From positions 379,175 to 443,174 of the forward strand of contig JAFUDT010000013.1 in the NCBI GenBank assembly GCA_017464285.1: DNA of 64,000 bases, in the 5' to 3' direction. Every line of letters starts with the position of its first letter. Within the stretch, counting starts at the first letter, position 1. Under the pieces are notes generated by a model. The model had not been told where the DNA came from and did not search any database. It was given only the letters and a program-made list of their open reading frames with translations. This document shows positions 61,233 through 64,000 of the stretch, one piece after another. The stretch comes from Bacteroidales bacterium. Lineage in GTDB: Bacteria; Bacteroidota; Bacteroidia; Bacteroidales; UBA1402. Position numbers and translations under genes: made by a program.

Positions 61233-63512
61233 ATGAATACTTTATTTCTTGGAATAGTTATATTCCTGATTGTACTTGCAGTGTTCGATCTCGTGGTCGG
61301 GGTGAGCAATGATGCAGTAAACTTTCTGAACTCTGCCATCGGTGCCAAGGTGGCGAGGTACCGGACGGTGGTGACGGTGGCGGCCGTCGGTGTGTTTGCC
61401 GGAGCGGCCTTGAGCAACGGAATGATGGACGTGGCGCGACACGGCATCATGACACCGGCCTACTTCTCGTTCTATGACGTGATGTGTGTCTTCTTGGCGG
61501 TGATGGTGACAGACGTGGTGCTGCTCGATGTATTCAACACATTAGGTATGCCGACATCCACCACCGTCAGTCTGGTTTTTGAATTGCTCGGCGGTGCCTT
61601 TGCCATCGCCTTAATACAGATATCGGGTGGTGCTACGACAGAAAGCGGCGTCCTGCTCACATTAGGTGATTTGCTCAATACGGAGAAGGCCATCTCGGTC
61701 ATCCTCGGCATATTCCTGTCTGTAGCTATCGCATTCGTGCTCGGAACCATCGTACAATGGATAGCACGTGTCGTTTTCACCTTTACTTTTCGTGTAAACG
61801 GAAGGACAACGGACCAGTCTGGTAAGATGGGCGGCAGGCTCTCCTCGTCGTTGAAGATTGGCATCTTCGGTGGACTGTCGGTGACGGCCATCGTCTGGTT
61901 CCTGCTTATCAAAGGACTGAAGGGAAGTACACTGATAACTCCCGAGGTGAATGAGATGATTAGTCAGAACACATGGTTGATTATCGGTGGTAGCATGGCA
62001 GTGTTCTCAGTGCTGATGACGCTGCTGAGTGCCATGAAACTACCCGTACTGAAGTTCGTGGTGCTGCTGGGTACCTTTGCCCTAGCGATGGCGTTTGCTG
62101 GTAACGACCTCGTGAACTTCGTGGGTGTGCCGCTGACGGGGCTTGAGGCCTATCAGGACTACATAGATAATGGCAATGGCGACGCGCAGGGCTTTATGAT
62201 GCGGTCGCTGATGGAGAGTGCCCATACGCCCGTGCCCTATCTCATTGCGGCAGGCGTAGTGATGGTGCTTGCCCTCATTTTCTCTAAGAAGGCACAGAAC
62301 GTAGTGAAAACGTCGGTAGATCTCTCCCGTCAGGACGGTGGTGACGAGATGTTTGGTTCAAGCGGTGTGGCACGGACATTGGTGCGCACATCGAGAAGCA
62401 TGGCAAGCAGTCTAGCGATGGCTGTGCCTCCTTGTGTGTCGCGCTGGGTTGACTCGCGTTTCAATGCCGATGCAGCGGTGTTGAAGCCGGGAGCCGCTTT
62501 CGATGAAATTCGCGCCGCTGTCAATCTGGTACTTGCCGGTGCATTGGTGGCATTGGGTACATCGCTCAAACTGCCGCTGTCCACCACCTACGTCACCTTC
62601 ATGGTGGCTATGGGAACATCGCTTGCCGACCGTGCATGGGGGCGCGAGAATGCCGTGTTCCGCATTACGGGTGTGCTGTCTGTCATCGGTGGCTGGTTCA
62701 TCACGGCCGGCGTGGCCTTCATCTTGTGTTTCCTTGTAACTGTCGCCCTATTCTTCGGGTCATTTGTGGCAATGGCGGTTGCCATCGCATTGGCCATCTT
62801 CCTGCTCGTTCGCAGTAACATGAAATACCGAAAGCATACGAAGGAGGGTGAGACCGACATATTATTCACAAGAATCGTGCATTGCGGCGACAAGGAAGAA
62901 TGCTGGACATTGCTCCGAGAATATGTGAACCAGACTATCAAGGACCATGTCCGTATGGTAACAGATGATTACGAGACACTGACTACGGCTTTCTTCTGCG
63001 AGGATTACCGCCACCTGAAACATGTTACTATAAATGTGGAACAACAACGCAAGGAGCTGAAACGCCAGCGCCGCAAGCAGATTATAGCCTTGCGCCGTTT
63101 AGACCCGATAGTGAGTGTGGAAAAAAGCACATGGTATTTCCTTATAGTCAACTCCTTATCTCAGATGTACTATTGTCTGAAGCGCATGGGTGAGTCGTGC
63201 AGGGAGCATGTCGGCAACAATTTCAGTCCCGCTCCAAGCGAATACGCCAATGAGTTTCTTGTTTTGCGAAATGAGATTATGCGTTTGTACCTTCGGTCTC
63301 TCGAGAGTGAGGGGGCATCCCAAATACGTAATGATGCAGCCGTACTTCAATCATCACTTTCAGATTATCGCAAACGCATCATTCATGACATCCAGACCAG
63401 ACAACTCAACATCGAAGCCATGACCGTTTTCCTGAGTGTTGTCCAAGAGTCTCAAGAACTCCTCAGCGCCCTTCGCCATCTGATGAGGGGGGAGGGCAAG
63501 ATTGGAGAATGA
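61233..63512 (+). CDS. PiT (PHO4) family inorganic phosphate transporter with long cytoplasmic C-terminal helical domain
   Basis: 759 aa; duplicated PHO4 signatures GVSNDAVNFLNSAIGA and AGNDLVNFVGVPL; ~10 TM; ~230-aa soluble helical tail (PhoU-like by architecture). Confidence 0.85.
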   Translation: MNTLFLGIVIFLIVLAVFDLVVGVSNDAVNFLNSAIGAKVARYRTVVTVAAVGVFAGAALSNGMMDVARHGIMTPAYFSFYDVMCVFLAVMVTDVVLLDVFNTLGMPTSTTVSLVFELLGGAFAIALIQISGGATTESGVLLTLGDLLNTEKAISVILGIFLSVAIAFVLGTIVQWIARVVFTFTFRVNGRTTDQSGKMGGRLSSSLKIGIFGGLSVTAIVWFLLIKGLKGSTLITPEVNEMISQNTWLIIGGSMAVFSVLMTLLSAMKLPVLKFVVLLGTFALAMAFAGNDLVNFVGVPLTGLEAYQDYIDNGNGDAQGFMMRSLMESAHTPVPYLIAAGVVMVLALIFSKKAQNVVKTSVDLSRQDGGDEMFGSSGVARTLVRTSRSMASSLAMAVPPCVSRWVDSRFNADAAVLKPGAAFDEIRAAVNLVLAGALVALGTSLKLPLSTTYVTFMVAMGTSLADRAWGRENAVFRITGVLSVIGGWFITAGVAFILCFLVTVALFFGSFVAMAVAIALAIFLLVRSNMKYRKHTKEGETDILFTRIVHCGDKEECWTLLREYVNQTIKDHVRMVTDDYETLTTAFFCEDYRHLKHVTINVEQQRKELKRQRRKQIIALRRLDPIVSVEKSTWYFLIVNSLSQMYYCLKRMGESCREHVGNNFSPAPSEYANEFLVLRNEIMRLYLRSLESEGASQIRNDAAVLQSSLSDYRKRIIHDIQTRQLNIEAMTVFLSVVQESQELLSALRHLMRGEGKIGE

Positions 63513-64000
63513 TCGGTATAATATCAATCAAAAAAGGCAACGACATCGCCCTCTTTGGCTGCGAGTCGTTGTCTTTTCCGTTTAGCTCGTTCTGAAATTT
63601 TCGACAGCAGGCTTGCCTTGAAGTGGCAAACTCCAATCAAACGAAGTGGAGATAGGGTATTAGACTGTTATCTTGTTTACTTTTTTAACATACTGCAATA
63701 TAGCAATATATAGTGATTTTATATAGATTAAGTAACAAATAAGTAACATTCTTAGGAAAGGTTTATAACTGCGTTACATACCTTTTTCAGTTGAGGTCAG
63801 TCACACATTGATGGAGGAAAAGCATATTCCGTTAATCTGGCGAATTTGATTGTTACATATTGAGATTTTCGGCATATATAAGACGTGTTTCTTTGAGAAT
63901 CTGGGCGTTTTTCTATGAAAAATCTTTGAGGATTTCGGCATTTTTTATTGTTTCGCGCGTAATTTAAGCAAATTTAGTCTAAAGAAATGCTGTGATATAA

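Noticed and set aside
63586-63612. Possible further degenerate hairpin-repeat trace (AATTTTCGACAGCAGGCTTGCC) downstream of the PiT gene
   Set aside because: It resembles only ~15 nt of the 3' arm, and no apex or complementary arm is present. That is too weak to call.

Overview
Bacteroidota (Bacteroidales-like) chromosomal window with a sharp compositional mosaic. GC figures are hand counts of a few 60-nt lines, not computed values.

- **~1-34.1 kb:** a ~60% GC backbone of ordinary genes. These are htrA, a 286-aa rpoD, uvrA, an ABC-F ATPase, tRNA-Lys, a propeller-type sensor kinase/LuxR pair, a peroxidase-MarR pair, tcdA, a TonB receptor, pectate lyase, and AraC + SusC/SusD.
- **~34.47-49.3 kb:** GC falls to the high 30s and the content is a defence island. 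It holds a tightly packed hsdM-hsdS-orf145-hsdR-DUF262 (GmrSD-like) operon, an AbiH-family gene, and a lipoprotein + 1242-aa RecQ-like helicase pair. I cannot assign the ~290-aa N-terminal or ~580-aa C-terminal regions of that helicase. It is my top candidate for an undescribed system.
- **49.3-54.7 kb:** umuDC (backbone-like GC, with umuC interrupted by an in-frame TGA at a conserved Cys codon), a RhuM-Fic/Doc fusion, and hipBA.
- **Hairpin repeat family:** each of these modules, and the defence island itself, is bordered by full or partial copies of a GC-rich ~85-nt imperfect hairpin. The copies share a nearly invariant apex and show compensatory changes in the arms.
- **54.7-55.6 kb:** a patch of gene fragments.
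- **55.6-63.5 kb:** a mid-40s% GC phosphate-uptake block (HD hydrolase, porin, pstSCAB, PiT-family transporter).

No rRNA, CRISPR array, integrase or transposase is visible in the window.
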